NCBI GenBank assembly: GCA_965214805.1
Contig: OZ243982.1
Coordinates: 1,237,116 to 1,301,115 of the forward strand
From: Thermoanaerobaculia bacterium
GTDB taxonomy: Bacteria > Acidobacteriota > Thermoanaerobaculia > Multivoradales > Multivoraceae
DNA length: 64,000 nt
Reading direction: 5' to 3'
A program made the translations under genes and the position numbers. The notes below the pieces were generated by a model. It was not told the origin of the DNA. It saw nothing but the letters and a program-made list of their open reading frames with translations, and did no database searches. Positions 42,698 to 52,258 of this stretch are shown here, piece by piece. Numbering within the stretch: the first letter of the stretch is position 1; each line of letters starts with the position of its first letter.

Positions 42698-43816
42698 TCA
42701 GGCGTTGACGAACCGCCGCAGGTCCAGGCCGACGATCAGTCCGGTGGCCGCGCAGCAGAAAAGCATGAAGGAGCCGCCGTAGCTCAGGAAGGGCAACGGA
42801 ACGCCGGTGATCGGCAGCAGCCCGACCACCATGGCCGTATTGTAGAGAACGTGGCCGGCGATGAAGGCCAGGAGTCCGACCACGAGCAGCAGACCCGCAG
42901 GATCCCGCGCCGCCAGTGCCACACGGACGCCGTTCCCCAGGTAGAGGAGGAACAGGGCCATGGCGAGGATGACGCCGGCAAACCCGTACTCTTCTGCCAG
43001 CACCGCGAACACGAAGTCGGTGTGAGCAACCGGCAGGAAGCGCAGGCTGGATTGCGTCCCCTCGCCGAGTCCCTTTCCGAAAGCCTGACCCGAACCGACG
43101 GCGATCCTGCTCTGACGGACCTGGTAGCCCGCCCCCAGTGGATCCGCCTGGGGGCGGAGGTAGCTCAGGACACGTTCCTTCTGGTAGTCCCGCAAGGTGA
43201 AGGTCCAGAGCGCTCCAGCCAGTGCCACTGCGACTGCGGCGGCTGCGAGCGCCGAGCGGCCGCTGACACCGGTAGTGGCCGCCATGGCGGCGAGCACGAG
43301 CACGAACATCAGGGCGCCGCCCATGTCCGGCTGCAGCGCGATGAGCAGCACCGGAACCGCCGCGATCGCCGCGGCTGCCCACAGCCCGCCGCGAGGAGGA
43401 ACCGGGCGCCGATAGCGGGCGAAGCGTCGGGCCAGCAGCAGAACGGTGGCGATCTTGCAGAAGTCCGACGGCTGGCCCCCGAACCCCCCGATGCCGATCC
43501 AGCTGCGGGCGCCGCCTGCCTCGTGGCCGAAGAACGTGACCGCCGCCACCGCCGCCACCGCCGCCAGGTAGATCCAGACGGCGTGCCGAAGCAGCACGGA
43601 ATGGTCGATCAGAGCCGCGGCCACCAGGACCAGCACACCCAGGACGATCCACACCGACTGGCGCGAAACGTAGTTCGTCGGCAGCTCGGCGGAAGCGCTC
43701 GAGATCACGAACAGACCGATCACCGACAGACCGAGCGCCGAACCGACGATCTGCCACGTGATGGAACGGGCCTGGTTCGCCAGGGTCCGCGGATCAGGTC
43801 TGAACGGCAGGATCAA
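42698..43816 (-). CDS. rodA: Rod-shape-determining protein RodA (SEDS family)
   Basis: 372 aa SEDS polytopic membrane protein (HTDFVFAVLAEEYGFAGV, LPFLSYGGSFML); TTG start at 43816 overlaps the mrdA stop by 23 nt. Confidence 0.9.
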   Translation of the reverse strand: MILPFRPDPRTLANQARSITWQIVGSALGLSVIGLFVISSASAELPTNYVSRQSVWIVLGVLVLVAAALIDHSVLLRHAVWIYLAAVAAVAAVTFFGHEAGGARSWIGIGGFGGQPSDFCKIATVLLLARRFARYRRPVPPRGGLWAAAAIAAVPVLLIALQPDMGGALMFVLVLAAMAATTGVSGRSALAAAAVAVALAGALWTFTLRDYQKERVLSYLRPQADPLGAGYQVRQSRIAVGSGQAFGKGLGEGTQSSLRFLPVAHTDFVFAVLAEEYGFAGVILAMALFLLYLGNGVRVALAARDPAGLLLVVGLLAFIAGHVLYNTAMVVGLLPITGVPLPFLSYGGSFMLFCCAATGLIVGLDLRRFVNA

Positions 43817-45545
43817 AGTACGTCTCGTGCAAACGCTTCGCCAGCGGCGCGGCGGCTTCGGAGCCTCGTCCTCCGTGTTCCACGAGCACGACGACGACCA
43901 GCTCCGGCATCTCGACCGGCGCGTAGGAAGTGAACCACGCGTGATCTCCGTGCTCGGGCGGGAGGTCCTCGGACCGCGTCCACGTCGCCTGAGCGACGAC
44001 CTGGGCAGTGCCTGTCTTGCCCGCGATCGGAACGACCCGCGTGCTGGCGCGGCGCCCGGTCCCGTTCGCGACCACGTTCGCCAACGCCTCCCCGACGAAG
44101 GCCATCACGTCGCCATCCACGGCAATCGACGCCGGCGGCTGCGCTCCGCCCTGCAGCACGTGGGGCCTAACCCGGAATCCCCCGTTCGCCACCGCCGCGG
44201 TCATTGCGGCAACCTGAAGCGGCGAAGCGAGCACCGGCCCTTGGCCGATCGCCACCGAAATCGTCTCGCCCGGGTACCAGGGGAAACCCCGGCTCTCCCG
44301 ACTCCAATCGGGATCCGGCACCAGCCCCTCGCGTTCGGCGGGAAATTCGATGCCTGTTCGCCGACCGAGGCCCAGCAAACGGGCGTACCGGGCGATCCTG
44401 TCGATTCCCATCCTGCGGCCCTGCAGGTAGAAGTAGATGTCGCAGGAATGCTGCAGGGCGCCTCGGAGATCGAGGCGGCCGTGCCCCCTGGACTGCCAGC
44501 AACGCCAGCGGCGGCCGTACACACGGGTCGTGCCGCCGCAGTGGACTCGCTCGGCCGGATCGATCAGTCCGTCGGACAGCGCGGCCACGGCCATCACGAT
44601 CTTGAACACGGATCCCGGCGGGTAGGTGTTGTGGATGGTCCGGTTCTGAAGCGGTCCGGCCGGGGCTCCGACGATCCGCTCCCACTCCTCCTGGTCGAGG
44701 CGGCCTGCAAAGCCGTTCGGATCGAAGGACGGCGAGGAGACCATGGCCCGAACCGCGCCGTCCCGCGGGTCGAGGGCAACGATCGCTCCAGCCTTGCCTT
44801 CGAGCAGTTTCTGCGCTTCCTGCTGCAGTGCAAGATCGATGGTCAGAGTGACCGACTCGCCCGGCAGCGCATCGGTTCGCTTGACGTCCTCGCTCGACAC
44901 GATGCGGCCGCGGCTGTCGACGATCACGGTTCGCGCGCCGGCGGTCCCGCGCAACTCCTGGTCCCGCAACCCCTCCACGCCGCTGCGGCCGATCAGGTCG
45001 CCGGCAACGAGGGTCGGGTCGCTGTCCCGTTCGGCCGGCGTCGGCTCGCTCAGGTAGCCCAGAAGATGCGCGGTCTGCTCGCCGTACCGGTACAGGCGGC
45101 GCCACGTGGCCGCGATCTCGAACTCCGGGTGCTCCGAGATGTCGCCAGCGACCTCGAACCGCGCGACCTGGTTGAACTCGAGTTCCTCGGCCAGGAGCAC
45201 GGGCACATCCCGAGGCACGCCGCGGTATCGCTCGAGCACTTTCTCCAGTTCGGTTTCGTCGCGACCCAGGACGTTGGCTGCAAAGGCCAGGCTGGCTTCC
45301 GGATCGGCACTCCGCAGGCGATCGAAAAAGAGCCGGAACGTGGGAACGTTCTCGGCCAGAAGGTGACCGGAGCGGTCGTATATGGGACCCCGAAGCGCTT
45401 CCAGGCGGAGCACCCGCAGCCGGTTGTTCTCTGCAAGCTCCAGATAGTGCTCGGAACGAACGATCTGGACATGCCAATAGGAACTCAGAACAACGAGGAA
45501 CGCCGCCGCGAGCGATGACGCGAGTCTTCTCAGGCGGGTCGCCAT
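43794..45545 (-). CDS. mrdA: Penicillin-binding protein 2 (elongasome transpeptidase)
   Basis: Internal ATG at 45545 (MATRLRRLASSLAAAFLVVLSSYWHVQIV); dimerisation domain plus transpeptidase with SVFK (SxxK), SDG-like and KTGT motifs. Confidence 0.9.
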   Translation of the reverse strand: MATRLRRLASSLAAAFLVVLSSYWHVQIVRSEHYLELAENNRLRVLRLEALRGPIYDRSGHLLAENVPTFRLFFDRLRSADPEASLAFAANVLGRDETELEKVLERYRGVPRDVPVLLAEELEFNQVARFEVAGDISEHPEFEIAATWRRLYRYGEQTAHLLGYLSEPTPAERDSDPTLVAGDLIGRSGVEGLRDQELRGTAGARTVIVDSRGRIVSSEDVKRTDALPGESVTLTIDLALQQEAQKLLEGKAGAIVALDPRDGAVRAMVSSPSFDPNGFAGRLDQEEWERIVGAPAGPLQNRTIHNTYPPGSVFKIVMAVAALSDGLIDPAERVHCGGTTRVYGRRWRCWQSRGHGRLDLRGALQHSCDIYFYLQGRRMGIDRIARYARLLGLGRRTGIEFPAEREGLVPDPDWSRESRGFPWYPGETISVAIGQGPVLASPLQVAAMTAAVANGGFRVRPHVLQGGAQPPASIAVDGDVMAFVGEALANVVANGTGRRASTRVVPIAGKTGTAQVVAQATWTRSEDLPPEHGDHAWFTSYAPVEMPELVVVVLVEHGGRGSEAAAPLAKRLHETYFDPAVQT

Positions 45546-45616
45546 CAGGAGCACCACGCCGTCGGCGCTGCGCTCGCGGCCAGGAGCTTCCAGGTTCACC
45601 TTCCAGACACCCCTGC

Positions 45617-46153
45617 TCAGCGAAGACGCAGCTGCCGGCGTGTCAGTGCACGCCGCTTCGTCCGGCTCTCCCTGCGGCCTCGCATCCGATCCTTCACCCA
45701 GAGAACGACCAGGCCCACCGCTGTCGTCAATACCACGCGCAGCAGCACGGCGCCCGCGCCCGGTCTGAACTGTGCAAGCTCGAGCATCGCGAACAGGCCG
45801 ATCACGACTGCCTGATGAACCAGCACCCCGATCGCGATCAGCGTCAGGGTCACCAGCCGCTCGGTAGCGAGAACCCGCTGCGAGACGCGCGCAGCGCCAT
45901 AGCCGACCACACAGCACGCCACACCGTGCAAACCGGGAACCGACGACGTGACGAGGTCCTGGACCAGGCCTGCGGCCAGTCCGCCTGCCAGACCTCGAAG
46001 GGAATCGCCCGGAACGCTGTTCAGGACAACCAGCAGCACGAAGAGGTCGACGGTTTCGGCGGCCTTCGAGGAGATCGCGCCGAACAGCATGTCGACCAGG
46101 GCAACTGCCGCCAGGACGCCGACGAACCTGGCAGCCCTACCGGCTGCTGCCAT
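45617..46153 (-). CDS. mreD: Rod-shape-determining protein MreD
   Basis: Small polytopic membrane protein immediately after mreC; start ambiguous (ATG at 46153 overlapping mreC by 17 nt, or at 46090). Confidence 0.65.
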   Translation of the reverse strand: MAAAGRAARFVGVLAAVALVDMLFGAISSKAAETVDLFVLLVVLNSVPGDSLRGLAGGLAAGLVQDLVTSSVPGLHGVACCVVGYGAARVSQRVLATERLVTLTLIAIGVLVHQAVVIGLFAMLELAQFRPGAGAVLLRVVLTTAVGLVVLWVKDRMRGRRESRTKRRALTRRQLRLR

Positions 46154-46976
46154 CCGCGCCGTCCATGCCGACTTCGGGCAGGGGTTCGCGGCGCCACACG
46201 AAGGCATGGCTCAGCGAACCGAGATCCACGCTCGGGACGATTCGTATGTCGTGGAACAGATCGCCCTTCGACTCCACGGACGTGATCGTGCCGATCGGAA
46301 CGCCGCGGGGGAACACGCCGTCGATTCCGGCAGTGACGACCCGATCGCCAGGTCGGACATCGACCCGAAGCGGCAGGAACATGAGGGACAGAGCGCCTGC
46401 GTCGGCCGTGCCCCGGACGATGCCCTGCCGGCGCGTGCGCTCGACCATCGCGGCCACCGAAGACGCCCGGTCCGTGACCAGGAGTACCCGCGCGTACTTG
46501 CCGCTGGCCGAGACGACACGGCCCAAGAGGCCGTCCGTCGTGGTCACCGGACGCCGCGCCCAGTCTTCCCGGTCTCGGCCGCCAGGCAGGTGCAGGATCG
46601 CCGTTCGCCGCCGCGAGCGGTGATCGACATGGACGATGTCGGCCCGCTGCAGATCAGCGCGCGGCGCCGGCTCGAAGCGCAGCGGCGCCGAAGCGAGATC
46701 TGCTTCCAGCCGCGCACCCACCGCGGCCGCATGGGCGGATTCCAGGTCACGCAGCCGATTCCGCAGCTCCTCGTTCTTCCGCTCCAGCTCGGCCCTCGTG
46801 GAACGGTCCTCCCTGTAGCGGTCCACAGCCCGGCCAACAGCCGCGACGAACCTCTTGACCGGTCCGTCGAGCCGCAACGCGACGTTGTCTGCCTGCTCGG
46901 GCGCCCGAAGCGTCAGCAGCGACAGGAGGACAGCCACGACAACCGCGAACAGGACCGCTATCCAACGTTCGCTCAT
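46137..46976 (-). CDS. mreC: Rod-shape-determining protein MreC
   Basis: 279 aa; N-terminal TM helix, coiled coil (LERKNEELRNRLRDLE), C-terminal beta-barrel domains (GDRVVTAGIDGVFPRGVPIGTI). Confidence 0.85.
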   Translation of the reverse strand: MSERWIAVLFAVVVAVLLSLLTLRAPEQADNVALRLDGPVKRFVAAVGRAVDRYREDRSTRAELERKNEELRNRLRDLESAHAAAVGARLEADLASAPLRFEPAPRADLQRADIVHVDHRSRRRTAILHLPGGRDREDWARRPVTTTDGLLGRVVSASGKYARVLLVTDRASSVAAMVERTRRQGIVRGTADAGALSLMFLPLRVDVRPGDRVVTAGIDGVFPRGVPIGTITSVESKGDLFHDIRIVPSVDLGSLSHAFVWRREPLPEVGMDGADGSSR

Positions 46977-47089
46977 GGATGGCCGTTCTCTTCGTTCAGG
47001 AACCTGCGAAACGTCCGGCTGTGGCGGCGGCTACAGCAGCCCGCGGCGAAAGTCCCGCTGCATTCGACACGGACGGCGCCCACGGGCCG

Positions 47090-48106
47090 CTAGCGAACGG
47101 AGACCCTTCGCAGCAGATCGATGTCCCGCAGTACCTGGCCCGCTCCGAGCGCGACGCAGGCGAGCGGATCCTCGGCGGCGAAGGCCGGCAGTCCCGTGGC
47201 CTCACGCAGACGCTGGTCCAGCGAGCGAAGCAGCGCTCCGCCGCCGGTGAGCACGATGCCCTTGTCCATCACGTCGGCCGAGAGTTCCGGCGGCATCCGT
47301 TCCAGGGCCTGAAGCACCGAATCGACAATCGACTTCACCGGCTCCGCGAGCGCTTCCCTGATTTCTCCGTCGGAGATCCTCAGACCGCGCGGCACGCCCG
47401 CGACGAGGTCGCGGCCCTTGATGTCCATCTGCAGCGTCTTCTGGAGCGGGAAGGCAGACCCCAGTTCGATCTTGATCGCCTCCGCGGTCCGCTCGCCGAT
47501 CAGCATGTTGTGCTTGCGCTTGAGGTGCTGGGCGATCGCTTCGTCCATGGCGTTGCCCGCCACCCGCAGCGAGCGGCTGTAGACCGTGCCGGCAAGCGAG
47601 ATGACGGCGACGTCCGTTGTACCGCCGCCGATATCGACGATCATGTTGCCGGTCGGTTCGGTGATCGGCAGACTGGCCCCGATCGCTGCCATCATTGCCT
47701 GCTCGACCAGGAACACCTCCGAGGCGCCGGCGCTCATTGCCGATTCCCGGACCGCGCGTTTCTCGACCGGAGTGATCTCGGACGGCACGCCGATCACGAT
47801 TCGGGGGCGGGCAAAGCGCCGGCCGTGGTGGGCCCTGCGGATGAAGTGCTTGAGCATCTGCTCGGTCATGTCGAAGTCGGCGATGACCCCGTCCCTCATC
47901 GGCCGCACGAGCGCCAGGATGCCCGGCGTACGGCCCAGCATCTCCTTGGCCTCGGAACCGACTGCCTCGATGCGGTTGGTCTGGTTGTTCACGACCACCA
48001 CCGACGGCTCGTGAACGACGATGCCGTTCTCCTGGTTGAACACCAGGGTATTCGCGGTCCCCAGGTCGATTGCCAGGTCGCTCGAGAACCAGGGCAGCAT
48101 GCGCAA
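47090..48106 (-). CDS. mreB: Rod-shape-determining actin homologue MreB
   Basis: 338 aa; DLAIDLGTANTLVF phosphate-1 motif, VIGVPSEIT, DIGGGTTDVAVISL. Confidence 0.95.
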   Translation of the reverse strand: MRMLPWFSSDLAIDLGTANTLVFNQENGIVVHEPSVVVVNNQTNRIEAVGSEAKEMLGRTPGILALVRPMRDGVIADFDMTEQMLKHFIRRAHHGRRFARPRIVIGVPSEITPVEKRAVRESAMSAGASEVFLVEQAMMAAIGASLPITEPTGNMIVDIGGGTTDVAVISLAGTVYSRSLRVAGNAMDEAIAQHLKRKHNMLIGERTAEAIKIELGSAFPLQKTLQMDIKGRDLVAGVPRGLRISDGEIREALAEPVKSIVDSVLQALERMPPELSADVMDKGIVLTGGGALLRSLDQRLREATGLPAFAAEDPLACVALGAGQVLRDIDLLRRVSVR

Positions 48107-48408
48107 TGGACCGAACCTCCTAGGAAGCGGCGCGGTGCGCGCCGCGTGCTGCCGGGCTTCGGGTTGTCGCCGGCGCCGGCGCGCCTTTCGTCAACAAGGT
48201 CGGATTCCCGCCACAGGAAGCGGGCAAACGTGCTTGAAGATAACACAGGCAGGCGCATCGACTGTCGCGGGAAGATCCCGTGTTCGGAACGGGTTTCGGC
48301 GAATGACGGCGCGGCTGCGGCCGACGGCGGCGACGCCCGGCCGACGGGAGGCGCGCCAGTCCTGCTACCATCGGCGGCGCCGTCGCGCACCCGTCAGGAA
48401 CCGCTTCC

Positions 48409-50361
48409 ATGCTGAACGTCATCCGCAAGAACATCAAGAGCTTCTATCCGCTGGCGATCGGACTTGCGGGCGTGTTCGTGCTCCTGGTCTTCACCGACTT
48501 TCAGGCACTGGACGGCACCCAGGCCAACCCGGTTGCGGCCAGGGTGGGCCGGGAGGACATCTCGTTCGCCGAGTTCGAGCGCAGCTACAGGAACGCCGAG
48601 AGCCGCTACCGGGAGATCTACGGCGACGCGTTCACCGCGGATCTGGCCGATCAACTGCAACTTCCCGTTCAGGCCCTGGAAGCCCTGATCAACGACCGCC
48701 TCCTCACCCGGGAGGCCGAGCGCATGGGGCTGACGGTCAGCAGGGAAGAATTGCAGGAGGAGATTCTCTCCATACCCGGCCTGACCGACGCCGCCGGCAA
48801 TTTCATCGGCACGCGCGCGTACCAGGATCTGTTGCGCGCCAACCGCTACACGGTGGAAGAGTTCGAGGCCCAGCTGCGCACCTCTCTGCTGGTGGCCAAG
48901 CTGCAGAACGCACTGAGCGAGGTGGCGCACGTCTCCGACGCCGAGGTGGAGAAGCGCGCCCGCATCGCGGCCGAGCGGGCGGCCATCCGGTACATCCAGG
49001 TCCCGGCCAACCGGTACGCTGCCGAGGCCGAACCCTCGAGCGACGAGACGGCCGCCTTCTTCCAGACCAACCGCGCCGACTTCCGGCTGCCCGAACGCAG
49101 GCGGGTCGGCTACCTCCTGGTCAACACGAACACGGTCCGCGCCGACCTCGAAGTGACCGACGACGAAGTCCAGGAGTACTACGACGACAACAGCGCACAG
49201 TTCGAGATACCGGAACAGGTGCGGGCCAGCCACATCCTCCTGCTCGAGACCGGCAGCCGCAGCGGCGAGCAGGCGCGGGCCGAGTTGAACGACCTCCGCC
49301 GCCGCATCGAGAACGGCGAGGATTTCGCCGCGCTCGCCTCCGAGTACTCGGAAGACGAGGCGACCGCCGCGTCCGGCGGCGACCTGGGCTACTTCGGCCG
49401 CGGCGCCATGACACGGCAGTTCGAGGAGGCGGTCTTCGCGGCCGGCACGGGCGACCTTGTCGGCCCGGTCGAGAATCAACTCGGACCCCGTACCGGACAT
49501 CACCTGATCCGCGTCCAGGACCGTCGCGAAGGCGGCCGGCAGACGCTTGACGAGGTGAGCAACCTGATCCGCGTCCAGCTCCTTGCCACGAAGGCGGAGG
49601 AGGAAGGCCGGCGCCGCATCGACGCCGTCGCGGAAAGACTGGGCGACCAGCCGTTCGAGGGCGAGACCGAAGCCCGGGAGCTGGCGGCTGCCGAGGGCCT
49701 CGCCTTCGAGGTCACGGAGCCGTTCGGCCAGGACGACACGGTTCCCGGCGTAGGCCGCAACTTCAACTTCTCCGCCGAGACGTTCGGCCTCGAAACCGGC
49801 GCCTGGTCGCAGCCGGTCCGCATCGCGGCGGGGTGGGCCCTGCTCGCGCTGCTGGACGTTCTGCCGCCCCGCGACGCCGAGTTCGCAGAGGTCGAGGCCG
49901 ACGTGCGCGAGGCCTTGCGCCAGCAGAAGGAAAGTGAACTTCTGACTGCCGCGCTCTCCGAAGCGAGGACGCGGCTGGACGATGGACTCAGCCTGGACGA
50001 CGCAGCGAACGAGTTCGACGCCGTGGTCGAAGAAAGCGGCAGCTTCGGTCTGCGCCAGGCGATCGGCGCCCTGGGCGCCGTGCCGGAGCTCTCCCGGGAA
50101 GTCTTCGCGCTCTCCGCGGGCGAGTTTGGCGGCCCGGTTCACACCCCGTTCGGCGGGGTCCTGTTCGAGGTCACGGCGCGGGAGTCCTTCGACCCGGCCC
50201 GGTTCGACCCGGAAACCACCCGGAGTCAACTGCTCTCCGAGCGTACGCTGACGTTGCTTCAATCCGTGCTGGGGCGCCTGCGCGAAGAGCTTGGCGTCAG
50301 CTACACGAAGGACTTCATCGAGAACTTCGGTCTCGGCGAGACCGAAGCGGCCGGAGCCTGA
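48409..50361 (+). CDS. ppiD: Periplasmic chaperone / peptidyl-prolyl isomerase, PpiD/SurA-like
   Basis: 650 aa; N-terminal membrane anchor (YPLAIGLAGVFVLLVF), SurA-N-like chaperone region, central parvulin PPIase domain (VRASHILL...GGDLGYFGRGAMTRQFEEAVFA). Confidence 0.8.
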   Translation: MLNVIRKNIKSFYPLAIGLAGVFVLLVFTDFQALDGTQANPVAARVGREDISFAEFERSYRNAESRYREIYGDAFTADLADQLQLPVQALEALINDRLLTREAERMGLTVSREELQEEILSIPGLTDAAGNFIGTRAYQDLLRANRYTVEEFEAQLRTSLLVAKLQNALSEVAHVSDAEVEKRARIAAERAAIRYIQVPANRYAAEAEPSSDETAAFFQTNRADFRLPERRRVGYLLVNTNTVRADLEVTDDEVQEYYDDNSAQFEIPEQVRASHILLLETGSRSGEQARAELNDLRRRIENGEDFAALASEYSEDEATAASGGDLGYFGRGAMTRQFEEAVFAAGTGDLVGPVENQLGPRTGHHLIRVQDRREGGRQTLDEVSNLIRVQLLATKAEEEGRRRIDAVAERLGDQPFEGETEARELAAAEGLAFEVTEPFGQDDTVPGVGRNFNFSAETFGLETGAWSQPVRIAAGWALLALLDVLPPRDAEFAEVEADVREALRQQKESELLTAALSEARTRLDDGLSLDDAANEFDAVVEESGSFGLRQAIGALGAVPELSREVFALSAGEFGGPVHTPFGGVLFEVTARESFDPARFDPETTRSQLLSERTLTLLQSVLGRLREELGVSYTKDFIENFGLGETEAAGA

Positions 50362-50386
50362 CCGGCGCCGGGCGCCCGACACTCTG

Positions 50387-51004
50387 TTGATCGGCTATCT
50401 GCGCGGCCGTCGACAGGCCCTGGGGCCCGAGCTTCTGGTTCTCGACGTGGGCGGCGTCGGCTACTCGGTGCGGATCCCGTTCTCGACCTACTGCGAGCTG
50501 GACCGGCTTGATGCGGAAACCGAGCTCGGCCTCTTCATCCATACCCACGTTCGCGCCGACGCCATCGAACTCTTCGGCTTCTGGAGCGAAGCGGAGCGGA
50601 CCCTGTTCGAACATTGCCTCGGCGTGAGCGGCGTCGGGCCCCGTCTGGCCCAGGTCATCCTCTCCGGCGGGTCGACCGATGAGCTGCTGACGGCGATTGC
50701 CGGCGGCAACATCGCCGTTCTGATCCGGATCCCGGGTATCGGGCGCAAGACCGCCGAACGGATGGTGCTGGAGCTGAAGGACAAGGCGAAGACGCTGCTG
50801 GAGGAATCCGGCGGCGCACGGCCGCCGAAACAGCCGGCGCCGAAGCCCGAGGACGAGCAGGAGCAGGTCATCGGCGCCCTGCTCAACCTCGGCTACCGCT
50901 CGCAGGAAGCCCGGCGCGCCGTCTCCCGTGTTCTCGTCGAACACCCCGGGACCGACTTCCAGGAACTCCTGCGCCTGAGCCTGCGCCAGCTGTCCCGGCT
51001 GTAG
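50387..51004 (+). CDS. ruvA: Holliday junction branch-migration complex subunit RuvA
   Basis: TTG start (M)[27 protein letters not shown]; helix-hairpin-helix pair ([30 protein letters not shown]) and a C-terminal RuvB-binding domain. The track ORF begins 96 nt upstream inside ppiD. Confidence 0.9.
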   Translation: MIGYLRGRRQALGPELLVLDVGGVGYSVRIPFSTYCELDRLDAETELGLFIHTHVRADAIELFGFWSEAERTLFEHCLGVSGVGPRLAQVILSGGSTDELLTAIAGGNIAVLIRIPGIGRKTAERMVLELKDKAKTLLEESGGARPPKQPAPKPEDEQEQVIGALLNLGYRSQEARRAVSRVLVEHPGTDFQELLRLSLRQLSRL

Positions 51005-51011
51005 GGATCAG

Positions 51012-52073
51012 GTGTCCGAAGGAGGCGATAGCATCCGCCCCATGGCCCAGACAGGCGGGACCGACGGTGATCCCAACGTCCTCTCGGCGGCCCAGGACGC
51101 GGACGATCGCCGCGTCGAACCGTCGCTCAGGCCGCACCGTCTGAGCGACTACCTGGGACAGAAGAAGATCGTCGATCTGCTCGACATCTACATGCAGGCG
51201 GCGCGCCGGCGGGGCGAGGCCCTGGATCACGTCCTCCTGTTCGGGCCTCCGGGGCTGGGAAAGACCACGCTGGCTCACATCATCGCCCGCGAAATGAAGT
51301 CCGTCCTGCGATCCACTTCGGGTCCGGTCCTGGAACGGGCGGGCGATCTGGCGGCGATCCTGACCAATCTCGAACCCGGGGATGTCCTCTTCATCGACGA
51401 GATCCACCGACTGGGCCCGACGGTCGAGGAGATCCTCTATCCGGCGCTGGAGGACTTCCAGCTCGACCTGGTGATCGGCTCCGGTCCCATGGCGAAGACA
51501 GTGCGGATCGACCTGCCGCGCTTCACGCTGGTCGGGGCCACGACTCGCGCCGGTCTGATCACGCCGCCGCTCCAGGCGCGGTTCGGGATCGTCCACCGCC
51601 TCGACTTCTACAGCCCCGACGTGCTGAGCGTGATCATCCAGCGCTCGGCCGCGCTGCTCGACGTGCCGCTCGGCCAGGGAGGCGCCAACGAGATCGCCTG
51701 TCGCAGCCGCGGCACGCCCCGGATCGCCAACCGGCTGCTGCGCCGGGTGCGCGACTATGCGCAGATCGAGGCGGATGGGCGAGTGGACCGCGCCACCGCG
51801 AAGCAGGCACTGGCTCAACTCGAAGTCGACGAGTACGGCCTGGACGAAATCGACCGCAAGATCATGAGCCTGCTGATCGAGCAGTACGGGGGCGGGCCGG
51901 CCGGCATCAAGGCCCTGGCGGCGTCGGTCGGCGAGGACCGGGGCACCATCGAGGACATCTACGAGCCGTATCTGATCCAGGAGGGATTCCTGCAGCGCAC
52001 CAGCCGAGGCCGGGTAGCCACCAGGAGGGCCTTCGAACACCTTGGTCTGCCGATTCGAGGCACGCTGTTCTGA
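51012..52073 (+). CDS. ruvB: Holliday junction branch-migration ATPase RuvB
   Basis: 353 aa AAA+; Walker [12 protein letters not shown], Walker [11 protein letters not shown], sensor-2 and winged-helix C-terminus. Confidence 0.95.
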   Translation: MSEGGDSIRPMAQTGGTDGDPNVLSAAQDADDRRVEPSLRPHRLSDYLGQKKIVDLLDIYMQAARRRGEALDHVLLFGPPGLGKTTLAHIIAREMKSVLRSTSGPVLERAGDLAAILTNLEPGDVLFIDEIHRLGPTVEEILYPALEDFQLDLVIGSGPMAKTVRIDLPRFTLVGATTRAGLITPPLQARFGIVHRLDFYSPDVLSVIIQRSAALLDVPLGQGGANEIACRSRGTPRIANRLLRRVRDYAQIEADGRVDRATAKQALAQLEVDEYGLDEIDRKIMSLLIEQYGGGPAGIKALAASVGEDRGTIEDIYEPYLIQEGFLQRTSRGRVATRRAFEHLGLPIRGTLF

Positions 52074-52258
52074 ACCCGGGGAACGCGCCCGGCGCCGGGG
52101 CCGCCTTGCAGCCACGGCGCCTGTCTCCCATCTGCCGAGCCTCCGTGCGGCGTGGCGCCAACCGTCGGCGGCGTATACGCTCTGCGGCCATATCGGCGGC
52201 CATGGCGCCCATGAGCAGCCATGGCGCGATCGAGACGTGACTGCTCCCGTACCCCGCC

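Noticed and set aside
38925-43757. 1610 aa minus-strand ORF taken as one gene
   Set aside because: Upstream of ~41150 this frame overlaps rng and rodA, which are real genes in a different frame; only the 3' ~2.2 kb (kinase/GH fusion) is coding in this frame.
48394-50382. 662 aa minus-strand ORF
   Set aside because: It is an exact antisense mirror of the ppiD-like gene.
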